64,000 nucleotides of DNA, taken from assembly GCA_963785305.1 (NCBI GenBank), contig CAWAUV010000009.1, positions 256,001-320,000 of the forward strand, read 5' to 3'. The translations under genes were made by a program, and so were the position numbers. Each line of letters starts with the position of its first letter. The first letter of the stretch is position 1. Below the pieces are notes generated by a model that had not been told where the DNA came from, did not search any database, and worked only from the letters and a program-made list of their open reading frames with translations. Positions 19,758-29,092 of this stretch are shown one piece after another. Origin of the DNA: an uncultured Planctomycetaceae bacterium (GTDB lineage Bacteria > Planctomycetota > Planctomycetia > Pirellulales > PALSA-1355).

Positions 19758-20199
19758 AAAGCAAAGGGTTCAGGCCTCATTGATTTTGCTGGCGGTTGTT
19801 GGTAGGCTTGCGGCCATGCTACGACCACCACGAGCCGGCGAAGCCGGCGGCGTCTACGATGCCCTGAATCGAGCGAGTGCCCAGGCCAAGATATTCCGCA
19901 ACGACGCGGATTACGAAGCCTTCGAGCGCATGCTCGGTGAAGGGCTCGCGGGCATGCCGTCGAGTTGTTCGCTTGCCAGTTGATGCCCAGCCACTGGCGC
20001 CGCTGGCGGCACGAGATCTCGCCGCGGTGCGCGGCGCGGCGAGGGTCTCCCTTCGGCGAGCCGACTTGGACCGAAGCGACGGCAAGGCGCCCGCGTCTAA
20101 CCTCGCCCCCGCGACCTCGTGGCCGTCCGCAAGTCCATTTTTCGGATACGGATCTCGGCCATACGCCAAACAATGAGTCCTGACCCGTTAGAATTCTCT
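19758..20199 (+). mobile_element. Internally deleted Y1/HUH element, copy C (both ends present, no intron)
   Basis: Left end CAAAGGGTTCAGGCCTCATTGATTTTGCTGGCGG; MLRPPRAGEAGGVYDALNR...QLMPSHW; right end CCAAACAATGAGTCCTGACCCGTTAGAATTCTCT identical to 12977-13010. Confidence 0.82.
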
Positions 20200-20443
20200 T
20201 GCCGCGGGGCCGCCGCGCCGTGTTCCGGGTGCGGCGAAATCGTGTGCGAGATCGATTCTCGCATCGCGCCCCTTTCTTCGAGCACGGCCGGGCGGTATCG
20301 TAGGAGCTTCGTTTTTTCCAAAGAATTTCGAGAAGGGCCGCCGTGCTTTGCCCTAGCGTGCATTGTTTCGTGCCGACGCGCCGGGTTTCGTGTCCCACGC
20401 TAGGCGAGCGGCTGCTCTGTTTTCATTTCTGGAGCGCTCTCTG

Positions 20444-21835
20444 ATGAATCGATGTCCTTGGCGATCGCCCTGCTTGGCGATGGGGCTCAATGGTAGCTTG
20501 GCGATCGGCTTTCTCGCGTTGCTCGCCGGCTGCACTTCCAGTGACAAGCCAGCCGCGCCGGCTGGCGGCCAAGCGACCGCTTCCTCGAACGAGTCTGCCT
20601 CCAGCGAGTCCGGCGCGCCCGTCGAGGAAACCGCCGCCAGCGAGCCGCCGAGCAAGCCCGATGATCCGGCCGCCGTGACCGCCTTCAAAAAGCTCGAAGC
20701 CAAGTTCGAATACGACGACGAGAAGCACGTCACGGGCCTCGATCTCGATCAGCAATTGGTCGCGGACAAGGACCTCGAACACTTGCGGGGCCTTCCCGCG
20801 CTCACGCATCTCGAGCTCTGGGGCGCCGACATCACGGACCAAGGCGTCGAACTGGTCGCGAAGCTAACCCAGCTCACATCGCTCAAGCTTGAAAACACCT
20901 CGATCACGGATCGGGGCCTCGCCGCGCTGCCGGCCCTCACCAAGCTCAAATCGCTCAATCTGCGCCGCTCGACCAACGCTACCGACGCCGGGCTCGAATC
21001 GATCGGCACGATGCACTCGCTCGAGCAATTGCATTTGCTCTACAACAACTTCTCCGACGTGGGTCTGCCGCATTTGGTGGGCCTCAAGAAACTGCACTTG
21101 CTCGATCTTCGCGGCTGCGCCACCGTGACCGACGCCGGCATGAAATCAGTCAAGGAGCTCACGAATCTCGAACGGCTCAAGCTGCGCAACTCGCCGATCA
21201 CCGACGAGGGGCTCGCCGACATCGCCCAGCTCAAGAAGCTCAAGGGGCTGGGTCTCGAAGACAGCCAAATCACCGACGACGGATTGAAGCTCATTGCCGG
21301 CTTCACGCATCTCGACGAACTGTTTCTGATGCGCACCAATCTGACCGACGCCTGCCTGCCGCATCTGGCCAACATGCACGAAATGAAACGGCTCGAGCTG
21401 CGCGGCGCGGCGATTCAAGGCTCGGGCCTCAAGAATCTCGACGGCATGAAGAAGCTCAAAGTGCTCGATTTGGCGGAAACGAGCGTCGACAACGCCGGAG
21501 TCGAGGCGATTTCCGGTCTCACGACGCTCGAACGGCTCGATCTCTGGCATACCCGGGTGACCGACGCCGGACTCGCGGCGGTCGCCAAGCTCGCGAACCT
21601 CGATTACTTGAACCTCGAGGAAACCGCGATCACCGACGCCGGCCTCGAGCGGCTCGCCGGGCTCAAGCAGCTCACATCGCTGGGACTCAAGGGCGACCCG
21701 ATTACCGACGTGTCGGTTCCCACGATCGAAGGCTTTACGAAACTCAAGACGATCGAGCTCGACTTCACGCAGTTGAGTCCCGACGCGATCGACGCGATTA
21801 AAAAGAAGTTCCCCGCCGCGGCGATCACGCCGTGA
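20444..21835 (+). CDS. Leucine-rich repeat lipoprotein
   Basis: Lipobox LLAGC; many 24-aa repeats of type LxxLxLxxTxITDxGLxxL. Confidence 0.9.
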   Translation: MNRCPWRSPCLAMGLNGSLAIGFLALLAGCTSSDKPAAPAGGQATASSNESASSESGAPVEETAASEPPSKPDDPAAVTAFKKLEAKFEYDDEKHVTGLDLDQQLVADKDLEHLRGLPALTHLELWGADITDQGVELVAKLTQLTSLKLENTSITDRGLAALPALTKLKSLNLRRSTNATDAGLESIGTMHSLEQLHLLYNNFSDVGLPHLVGLKKLHLLDLRGCATVTDAGMKSVKELTNLERLKLRNSPITDEGLADIAQLKKLKGLGLEDSQITDDGLKLIAGFTHLDELFLMRTNLTDACLPHLANMHEMKRLELRGAAIQGSGLKNLDGMKKLKVLDLAETSVDNAGVEAISGLTTLERLDLWHTRVTDAGLAAVAKLANLDYLNLEETAITDAGLERLAGLKQLTSLGLKGDPITDVSVPTIEGFTKLKTIELDFTQLSPDAIDAIKKKFPAAAITP

Positions 21836-21870
21836 GATAATTTGCTTCGCGGCGAATGCGTTCGGGCGGA

Positions 21871-22879
21871 TTAGAACATCATCCGCCGGCCCTCGGTTTG
21901 GCTGCGGGTGGCCTCGTGGAGAATCGTCATTGCCCAATAGGGGTCTTCGACGCCCCCGTTGTTGCGCAGGAGGCTGGTCACGGCGCGGTGAAATTGCGAA
22001 AGAAGCTGCTCGCCCATCGGACGTTCGTTGTCGAGCGATTCCATGTGCCGGCCCGCCCGGTCGAACCACACCAGCGTGGCCGGCAGGTCGAGATAGGCGA
22101 TGCCGTTTTCGCAGGCCACCTGCAGCGCGGCCGGCGGACGATAGCTCACCGCCTCGGGCCAGGCGGCCGGCATATAGTGGCCCGAGCTGATTTGGGCCGT
22201 GGCGCCGGAGCCGGGACCTTCGGGTCCGGAGAAGTCGAGGCTCATCATCTCGTAGTCGTTTTCCTCGTGATGATGGCAATCGCGATGGGCGATGCCGAGC
22301 ACCGAGGTCGGATCGCGGCCAACGACATAGCGGCACCAGTCGATGAGCTCGACCATTTCGTGTTTTCGCGAATGCGGCGCGCGGTTGACGACGCGTGTCG
22401 ACTCGGAGCGATCGCGCGGGGTGCGCTGGTGGCAAAACAGTAGCCGGGGTGCGCCAAGCGAGTTGCGATCAGTTCTTTCAGCCGAATCGTGGCGGGCGCC
22501 TGACGCCGCGGAAACTCGGCGAGAAAGGCGATGCCGGATTCTTGCACTTGCCGCTGCATGCGGCAGGCGGTTTCCTGGTCGAAATCGAGCGCGGCGGCGC
22601 AGTATACCGCTTTGCCGAAGTGCGCGGCGGCCAGAATCGGCAGCGCCCGTACCACTGGCTCGAGAGCACCAACACGGCGTCGATGTCTTCACGCTCGGCC
22701 AGGGCGCGAAAACCATCGACCGGAGCGGCGCCGAATTCCTGCGCGGCGATGTGCGCCCAATGCGCGACCGGTTCGCAAATGGCTCGCACTTCGAATCGAT
22801 CGCTCAGCGCACGGAGGGCCGGACGATGGCGAACTTCCCAAGCATTGCCCAGGCCCACCAGGCCGACGCGTAACTTCAT
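21871..22879 (-). CDS. Gfo/Idh/MocA family oxidoreductase (frameshifted)
   Basis: MKLRVGLVGLG...VRAICEP...DIDAVLV; C-terminal ELIDWCRYVVG in another frame. Confidence 0.8.
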
Positions 22880-23598
22880 GAATGCTTGCTGCTCGAACCG
22901 AGCGTGCAGCCCGTGGGGGTTCCGTGGGCGAACACGGCGTTCGCCAGCGCATGGTGCAAAAACGCCCTCGGAATCGGCGCACCATTGGCGCCGCGAGGGG
23001 GCTTCCGAGTTGTTCGGCGCGCTGCCCGCGGCTGGGAGCGCCATCGCTGGAATTATATCGGACATTTCCCCCTAAACTCAATCGAAATCAGACGTTTGCC
23101 GCTTTGTAACGTCCAAGCCGGCTTCGTGCACCGGTTCGGATTGTGGGGAATCTGCTCGAAGAACGACTTCCGGGCGTCGCGAATTCGTTTGAATCATGGC
23201 TGCGCCCCTGGCCTTGGATCGCGGGATATCGCGAGAAAAACCGCCGCGGCCCGGGCGTCGATCGGGCAGCGGTCGCGGGTTCCGATTCTCGACGGATCCC
23301 CGCCGCCGGGGTGTCTCCATAAAGCTGTCCAGGGGCGTAAATGTCTGGTCGAGAGTGCGGCTATCCACCAAGCTGGCGCCCAATGGTTGTTGCAACATCA
23401 ATACTCGGCATAGTTTGCGCAAATACCCCAATTTGCCCTTGCGGACGAGTCGTGCCCCACTAGACTGACCCTTCCGCGAAGTCAAGCCCTGCCTGCCACC
23501 GAGCATCGCCGGGCAATAAACGTCGCGGTGTCTGGGGGGCGACGACCACGACGAGTGGGCCGCCACGAGAAGTTTTCACTCTTAAAGGAGTTGATCTA

Positions 23599-24003
23599 GT
23601 GAATGCTTTGATGTTGAGCGTGATCATGCAAGCGTCGATGGCCACCGGAGCCACGAACTATGCCGAGGCTTTCAAGCAGGCCGAGCAAACCGGTCGGCCG
23701 TTGGTCGTGTTGGTCGGCGCCGATTGGTGCCCGGGCTGCCGAACCATGAAGCAGGCGGTCGTTCCGCAGCTTGCCCAGCGTGGCGCTCTGTCGAGCGTGG
23801 CCTTTGCCCAAGTGAATACCGGAGAAGAGCCCGCGTTGGCCGGCAAACTGATGCGCGGCAACTCGATTCCGCAGCTCATCGTCTACCGCAAGACCGACAA
23901 AGGTTGGACCCGCTCGCAGCTTACGGGAGTGCAGAGCGTGGGCGACGCCGCGTCGTTCATCCAGCCGTATACGGCGGCGTCGAGCTTGAGCCAAAACCAA
24001 TAA
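23599..24003 (+). CDS. Thioredoxin family protein, probably exported
   Basis: AAAGGAG RBS, GTG start, WCPGC, SIPQL cis-Pro motif, hydrophobic N-terminus. Confidence 0.85.
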   Translation: MNALMLSVIMQASMATGATNYAEAFKQAEQTGRPLVVLVGADWCPGCRTMKQAVVPQLAQRGALSSVAFAQVNTGEEPALAGKLMRGNSIPQLIVYRKTDKGWTRSQLTGVQSVGDAASFIQPYTAASSLSQNQ

Positions 24004-24101
24004 GGCTCGCCGCTATTTGCTCGATATGTTCGCGCGACCGGGTGATCGCGGACATTCGGGCGGCTGACACTCGTTAAAAAAATCCGTTGATTTCGCGTCT
24101 A

Positions 24102-24183
24102 AAAGCGAGGCGGCGGGCATCGTGCCAGAACCGCTTGGGAACTTGTCCCAAGCGAACGATGCCCGTCGCCTCGCTTTCTTTTT
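24102..24183 (+). terminator. Long hairpin, probable bidirectional terminator
   Basis: AAAGCGAGGCGGCGGGCATCGT ... ACGATGCCCGTCGCCTCGCTTT with an inner CGCTTGGGA/TCCCAAGCG stem; T-rich tail. Confidence 0.65.
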
Positions 24184-24312
24184 GGGACGGCCGGCCCAAG
24201 CGGATTCCCGCAATCGAACGTTGGGCGCACGCCTGGGAATCGCGCGAGATTCTCGCGAATTGCCGGCTGGAAATCGGGCGAGCTGCGTGCGATTCCGCGA
24301 TTCCCGCGATTC

Positions 24313-26027
24313 GGGACCAGTTCAGCTTATGCGGCGGTGGCGAGGGGGGTGGAGCGGCGGTGGAAGGGGTGGCCGGGGCGTTGCGAGAGGTAGTCCTTGA
24401 GCCGGCCGTCGTCGCTGAGGGCGGCGGCGCGGAGCTGCAAGATCGCTTCCGCTCCGTCGGGATCGTCCCAGAACATTTCGGTCCCTTTCACGCGCAGGTT
24501 CATCTGTTTGATCAGCGACTCCATCGGGCGCTGGTGACCGGCAGGCCCAGGCGGCGATAGCTGGGATAGTCCATCCGCTGGCGATTGTTCGTCAAGTACC
24601 GCACGGCGTCGACGAGCGGTTTCTCCGCGTCACTGGGTTTCGTATCTTCCCAGTCGATGCCCCGGGCGAGGCAGGCTTGCTTGATCTCGTCGATCACGTG
24701 ATCGACCTGGCCTTGCCAGCACCAGGTGACGAACTTTAGATAGAGCGACCAACCCTCCGCATCGTTGGCGGCCAGCGCCAGCGCCGCGCGGTAAACGTAT
24801 TGAATCGCATGAATGAAGTCGAGGACGGGCGTGAACGTCGGAAAATGTTTTTTCCAGATCGACCAGTTCCAGTTCAGGCCATCACCGAGGAAGACCCGTA
24901 AAGGAGAATCGTAGAACCGGCGCCGCTGGGCTTCGCGCGCATCAGCGGGCCGAAATCCTCCGAGCAGGACATACTGCTCAGCGCCGTGCGCAGCACGCGC
25001 CGCGGGCCTTCGTACTTCACGCGGCGGGGTTTCTCGGCGGCGGATTCTTCGCCGGGCGAATCGAGGCGGGGAACCGCTTTTTCCGCGATATTCGCCACTT
25101 TTTTCGCGATGCGAAAGGAAGTCGGCAACTCGGGGCAAGCGTCTTCGTCCGCGACATGCCGCGGGTTGAGAGACATTCGCTCGAACGAAGCGTTCTTCGT
25201 TTCGCGCCAGCCTTTCTCGCCCGACGGCACGACGCCGCGTCCCCGGCCCGGCTCGCGCGTGCGAATGCGGCCGCCGTCGCAAGAGACCACCGCCGCTTCC
25301 GGCACGACGACTTCCTTGACGACTTTTTTATTGTCGCTGGGCGCCGGCAGTGCCTTCCCGTCGGCCAGTTCCTGGCCCACCTGTTTCACCAAACGCCGAA
25401 TCGTGCTGCAGGGAACTTTGTGTCCCAGCACTTGCTCGGTGGTCACTTCCGCGCCCTTGAACGAACGGACTTCCGCGGCTAGGCAGACCACGGCTCGCGT
25501 CAACTCGGGCGTGACCTCGCGGCTATCGAGTCCCAACGTCAACCGCTGAGGGAAAAAAAGACCGCCGGCAGCGGTCGCAGTAAGCGGTCGTCTCGGTCAC
25601 CTCGACCCGGCCATCCAGGCTGGTGACCGGCCTCGTTGCGGTTTGCACGCGGCACGACGCTCCGCAGGTGGGGCAGTTCGCTTCCGTCGGGCAGCTCGCG
25701 GCGACTTCACGCATCGCTCGCTCTTGGGCTTCACGGCTCAACTCGCGGCCGAGCGTGATAGCATACCGCTCGATGACGCTATAGTGCGGCGTGCCGAGGA
25801 ACGCCCCCTGCTCGACCATCTCCTCGATTCCCAGTTCGGCCAATTCCCGCAAAAGTTCCTTCCTCCTGGCCTCGCGGGCCTGCATCGCGGCGTCCATGCC
25901 TAGCGCTCCTTAAGCAAGTTTCGTTCACCGATCAAATCCACCTCGCCCAGCTTACCACACAAACCCCGAATTCTCCTATTGACGTTTCCACATCCACCCC
26001 CCAACCCGCAAAAGCTGAACTGGTCCC
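24313..26027 (-). mobile_element. ISKra4-like (Mutator-type DDE) insertion sequence, 1715 bp; transposase 25897-24327 in several frames
   Basis: 22-bp terminal IRs GGGACCAGTTCAGCTT(A/T)TGCGG with one mismatch; CPTCG, CDRC...FFP, SCDGG, WRETK, GDG, LDFIHA, MDYPSYRRLGLP, ES motifs. Family name from recall of the motifs. Confidence 0.85.
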
Positions 26028-26186
26028 CGTTCGCCCCCGCGATTCCGCGATTCCGCGATTCCGCCGCTTGGGAGTTCGCCTTGTCGCTGCTCGGCGGGCT
26101 CGCTAGAATCCGCCACCAAAATTTTGCAACCGATAGTCCCGAGAGATCGGTTGTCCGGGCGGCGCGAGCAGAAAGAGGCGTTTTCC

Positions 26187-26807
26187 ATGATCGACGTCAA
26201 GCAAGTCATTCAGCTTCATCGGGATACGGTCGCGGACTGGCATCGGGTGGCGCCGAGCAATCCGCATCATGGTTTTTTGCATGCCGTGTGCGAGCAGCAT
26301 AAATTCAACTTTCTGCTCTGGCACGAAGAAGACATTGCCCGCAGTCCCGACGCGGGCGATGTCCGGATCGCCGCCGTGAAGCGGGCCATCGATGGCTACA
26401 ACCAGAAGCGGAACGATTGGATCGAACGGCTCGACGACTTTCTGCTCACCGAGTTGAACTGCTTGGGGGTCGAGCCCCAGCCTGGCGCCACGCTCAACAC
26501 CGAAACGCCGGGCAGCGCGATCGACCGGCTTTCGATCTTGTCGCTGCGGCTCTATCACATGGAAGAGCAGGCCCTGCGGCCCGACGCCTCGATCGAACAT
26601 ATCGGCAAGGCTCGTGACCGGCTCGCGATCTTGCGCGAGCAGCACCACGATCTCGCGAACTCGCTCGCCGAACTGCTCGACGATATCGTCGCCGGCCACA
26701 AGCAGCTCAAGCTTTATCGCCAATTCAAGATGTACAACGACCCGACGCTCAATCCCTACCTATATCGCCGCGGTTCGGGCGGCCCCGATTCGAAACAGGC
26801 CGCGTGA
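26187..26807 (+). CDS. DUF4254-like protein
   Basis: [39 protein letters not shown]. Confidence 0.75.
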   Translation: MIDVKQVIQLHRDTVADWHRVAPSNPHHGFLHAVCEQHKFNFLLWHEEDIARSPDAGDVRIAAVKRAIDGYNQKRNDWIERLDDFLLTELNCLGVEPQPGATLNTETPGSAIDRLSILSLRLYHMEEQALRPDASIEHIGKARDRLAILREQHHDLANSLAELLDDIVAGHKQLKLYRQFKMYNDPTLNPYLYRRGSGGPDSKQAA

Positions 26808-27148
26808 TCGCATCTCCGCGCCAGGGCAAGATCGGCGATCCGCGCGATCCCGATCCCGCGTCTCGGGCGAGGATTCGGCGCCTTCGCGTCGCGCGACATC
26901 GGGCGTTCGACGTTGTAGCCGCAATCCGCGAGGGGCGATTTTATTTGCATCGCGCGAACTTCGGCGGTTGCTCTTGCGACACAATCATCGCGAGGCGAAA
27001 CTCGACATTACCCGCCTTTGCTGCTTCCCGCCCTGAAACATCACGGCCCCGCTGAACGCGGCCGCCGGTAGAGCCCCCAGCGAGCGCGTGCCGACCACTT
27101 GTCGGCGCCGCGAACTTCGCGGTCCGTCAAATTGTCTTACCACGAAGG

Positions 27149-29092
27149 ATGCGTGGCTTGCAGAATCTCGATTCCCACGAAAACGATCGGCTACGGCCAG
27201 GCTTGGCGTCGAATTGGGCCACGATCCGCCGCATGCTCGCGCTGGCTTGGCGGTTTCGTTTCGGCTGTTTGCAAATCCTGGCCCAGCAAACCGTGTTGAT
27301 CACGCTCGGCCTCGGCGGCCTGGGGCTCACGGGGCTGGGCATCGATGTGATTCGCCGCGCGGTCGATCCCCAGGCCGCGGCGCCGCGCTGGCCCTGGAGT
27401 CTTGAGCCGCCCGCGAGCTGGTCGCCGCTCGCGGTCGTGGCGTTCATTTCGGGTTTGATCGCGCTGTGCGCCGTCGCGCAAGCCGCGCTTCGCTTTCACG
27501 ACGCCACCACCGCCGCGCGCCTCGCGCAGCGCATCGTGGTGAAACTACGCGGCGACATTTACGACAAGCTCGGGCAACTCGGCTTTCGCTTTTTTCAGGC
27601 CAATCCCTCGAGCGCGATCATCAACCGCGTGGCGGGCGATGTACAAAGCATGCGCATGTTCGTCGATGGCGTGATTATCGAAATGCTGGCGGTCTTCATC
27701 TCGCTCGCCGTGTCGCTCGCTTACATGCTTCGGATTCATGTCGGGCTCACGCTCGCGTCGCTGGCCACTACTCCGCTCCTTTGGCTCTTGGCGGTGCTGT
27801 TCTCGCGAGCCGTGAAGCCGGCCTATCGGCACAATCGCGAGTTGAGCGACCGCACGATTCTTCGCCTTTCGGAAACAGTGCAGGGCGTGGCGGTGGTCAA
27901 GGGGCTGGCGATCGAGGAAGACGAGATCGCCCGCTTTGCCGCGGCCAATTCGGCGGTGCGCGATCACAAGCGCACCATCTTTTGGAAGATCAGCCTGTTT
28001 CAACCCACGATCTACTTTTTCACCAAGTGGAACATGGCGGTGCTGCTGGCCTATGGCGGCTACCTCGTGATTCGCGGTGAATTGCTGCTGGGCGAGGGCC
28101 TATTCGTCTTCGCCAACCTGCTTCAACAAATCGCCAATCAGATCGAGCAGATCACGAACATCGCCAACACGATTCAGTCGAGCATCGTGGGCGCCCAGCG
28201 GGTGTTCGAAGTGCTCGACGCGCCCCAGGATGTGCGAAGCGCGGCGAGGCCCGAGCGCTCGGGAAGGGTCGCCGGCGCGATTCGTTTCGAAAATGTCGCT
28301 TTCGGCTATCAGCTCGGCTCGCGGGCGCTCGAGGCGATCGACTGCGAAATCGAGCCCGGCCAGCGGGTGGCGATCATCGGCGCGACCGGCGCCGGCAAGT
28401 CGACGCTGCTCGGGCTCATCCCGCGGTTCAACGACGCGTGGCAGGGGCGGGTGCTGGTCGACGGCGTGGATGTGCGTCGCTGGGAGCTCGATGATCTGCG
28501 CCGCGGAGTGGGCATGGTGTTTCAGGAGAGCTTTCTATTTAGCCACACCGTGGCCGCGAACATTGCCTTCGGTCGGCCCGACGCCACGCGCGCCGAGATC
28601 GAGCGCGCTGCCCATATCGCCGCCGCGAGTGATTTTATTCGCGAGCTCCCCGAGGGTTATGACACGGTGGTGGGGGAATATGGCTCGAACCTCTCGGGCG
28701 GTCAGCGGCAGCGGCTTGCCCTGGCGCGAGCGGTGCTGATGGAGCCCGCCATTTTGCTGCTCGATGATGTGACCGCGAGCGTCGATTCCGAGACCGAACA
28801 CACGATTCTCGAAAGCCTGAAAGAAGTGATGCACGGCCGCACGACCCTGATGGTCACCCATCGCAAGAGCGTGATCGAGCAAGCGGACTTGGCGATCGTG
28901 CTCGACCGCGGGCGGATGGTCCATGTCGGGTCGCCGGAGGAAGCGCTCGCGATCTTCGAAGGTCGCGATGTCCCGGTGGCCACGACGCTGGCGATTCATC
29001 CGGCCCATGCTTCGCTTACCGGGCCCAAGCATTCCGCGGCTCGCGCGGCGCGCTCGGTCAATCGCCCGGCGGCGTGGAAGGAGGCGGTATGA
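27149..29092 (+). CDS. ABC exporter half (TMD+NBD), degenerate-site subunit
   Basis: GATGAGKS, LSGGQRQR, Walker B LLLDD (Asp in place of the catalytic Glu). Confidence 0.9.
   Translation: MRGLQNLDSHENDRLRPGLASNWATIRRMLALAWRFRFGCLQILAQQTVLITLGLGGLGLTGLGIDVIRRAVDPQAAAPRWPWSLEPPASWSPLAVVAFISGLIALCAVAQAALRFHDATTAARLAQRIVVKLRGDIYDKLGQLGFRFFQANPSSAIINRVAGDVQSMRMFVDGVIIEMLAVFISLAVSLAYMLRIHVGLTLASLATTPLLWLLAVLFSRAVKPAYRHNRELSDRTILRLSETVQGVAVVKGLAIEEDEIARFAAANSAVRDHKRTIFWKISLFQPTIYFFTKWNMAVLLAYGGYLVIRGELLLGEGLFVFANLLQQIANQIEQITNIANTIQSSIVGAQRVFEVLDAPQDVRSAARPERSGRVAGAIRFENVAFGYQLGSRALEAIDCEIEPGQRVAIIGATGAGKSTLLGLIPRFNDAWQGRVLVDGVDVRRWELDDLRRGVGMVFQESFLFSHTVAANIAFGRPDATRAEIERAAHIAAASDFIRELPEGYDTVVGEYGSNLSGGQRQRLALARAVLMEPAILLLDDVTASVDSETEHTILESLKEVMHGRTTLMVTHRKSVIEQADLAIVLDRGRMVHVGSPEEALAIFEGRDVPVATTLAIHPAHASLTGPKHSAARAARSVNRPAAWKEAV

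Noticed and set aside
10647..20199. CRISPR array or classical integron
   Set aside because: Motif copies are irregularly spaced (0.3-2.4 kb) and in both orientations. No cas gene, no tyrosine-recombinase integrase, and no attC-style RYYYAAC/GTTRRRY structure were recognised.
20750..21800. 72-bp periodicity as a DNA repeat element
   Set aside because: Explained by 24-aa leucine-rich protein repeats.
22880..23598. Riboswitch or RNA gene in the divergent intergenic region
   Set aside because: No recognisable consensus by eye; an Rfam scan would be needed. No tRNA or rRNA was recognised anywhere in the window.
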